A stretch of 34,845 nt of DNA from a virus (Duplodnaviria > Caudoviricetes): IMG/VR virus record IMGVR_UViG_3300037991_000852, positions 1 through 34,845 of that record, one strand, 5' to 3'. The translations under genes were made by a program, and so were the position numbers. The notes under the pieces were generated by a model that did no database searches, was not told the DNA's origin, and was given only the letters and a program-made list of their open reading frames with translations. Below are positions 34,505 through 34,845 of the stretch, piece after piece. Position 1 is the first letter of the stretch, and each line of letters begins with the position of its first letter.

Positions 34505-34845
34505 TTACCATGTGCTTAGTGCAACTCGTTTCCATGTATCGGTGTTAACACAAACATAAAGATAATTTGCATCCCATGAAATTTCACCAACTTCACCATT
34601 GTCATCTGCATTGGCTATTGTTCTTGCTGTTCTTATTTTTAATCTATTACCATTAATATCTAGTGGTGCATCTGGCGAACTCGTTCCTATACCTACATTG
34701 CCTGAGTTGTCTATTCTCATGCGTTCAGTGCCATTAGTGAAGGTTGCTAAAGAGTTAGTTGAATTGTTATAAACAATTCTACCAATATTAATTACATCTG
34801 AATCACCAAAGTAAATACCAGCATTACTAGAAGCAGAAGCTGTAA
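34505..34845 (-). CDS. 3' end of a modular tail fibre (5' part outside the window)
   Basis: Frame open from the window end: TASASSNAGIYFGDSDVNNIGRIVY...[18 protein letters not shown]...GEISWDANYLYVCVNTDTWKRVALSTW. Confidence 0.85.
   Translation of the reverse strand, partial: TASASSNAGIYFGDSDVINIGRIVYNNSTNSLATFTNGTERMRIDNSGNVGIGTSSPDAPLDINGNRLKIRTARTIANADDNGEVGEISWDANYLYVCVNTDTWKRVALSTW

Noticed and set aside
1-34845. Alternative genetic code (stop reassignment or ATA=Met) as the cause of the odd starts
   Set aside because: TAA, TAG and TGA all end genes at sensible places, long genes are uninterrupted in the standard code, and two of the three odd starts are ATC.

Overview
A near-complete, AT-rich temperate tailed-phage genome with podovirus-like (P22-type) gene order. 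The window starts and ends inside the same kind of modular tail-fibre gene. Almost everything is on the minus strand: terS, terL, portal, a run of tiny Lys/Arg-rich ORFs, lysis genes, scaffold, major capsid, head-tail proteins, two fibres, tail hub and ejection proteins. It also carries a tyrosine integrase with a readable attP (3' half of a tRNA-Lys(UUU) plus arm-like repeats), a DUF2800/Sak4/SSB recombination block, a primase-helicase and two DNA methyltransferases. A plus-strand operon of small genes diverges from terS. Main observations: (1) three DNA-acting enzymes (both MTases and the DUF2800 nuclease) appear to initiate at non-canonical ATA/ATC codons behind good Shine-Dalgarno sites, and the two MTases share an identical AGAGAGGAT-N6-start context; (2) short direct repeats delimit excisable cassettes at three separate loci (fibre modules, MTase variable region, early small-gene array); (3) two acidic, possibly DNA-mimicking proteins head the early operon. 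All family assignments come from motif recognition by eye, not from database searches.
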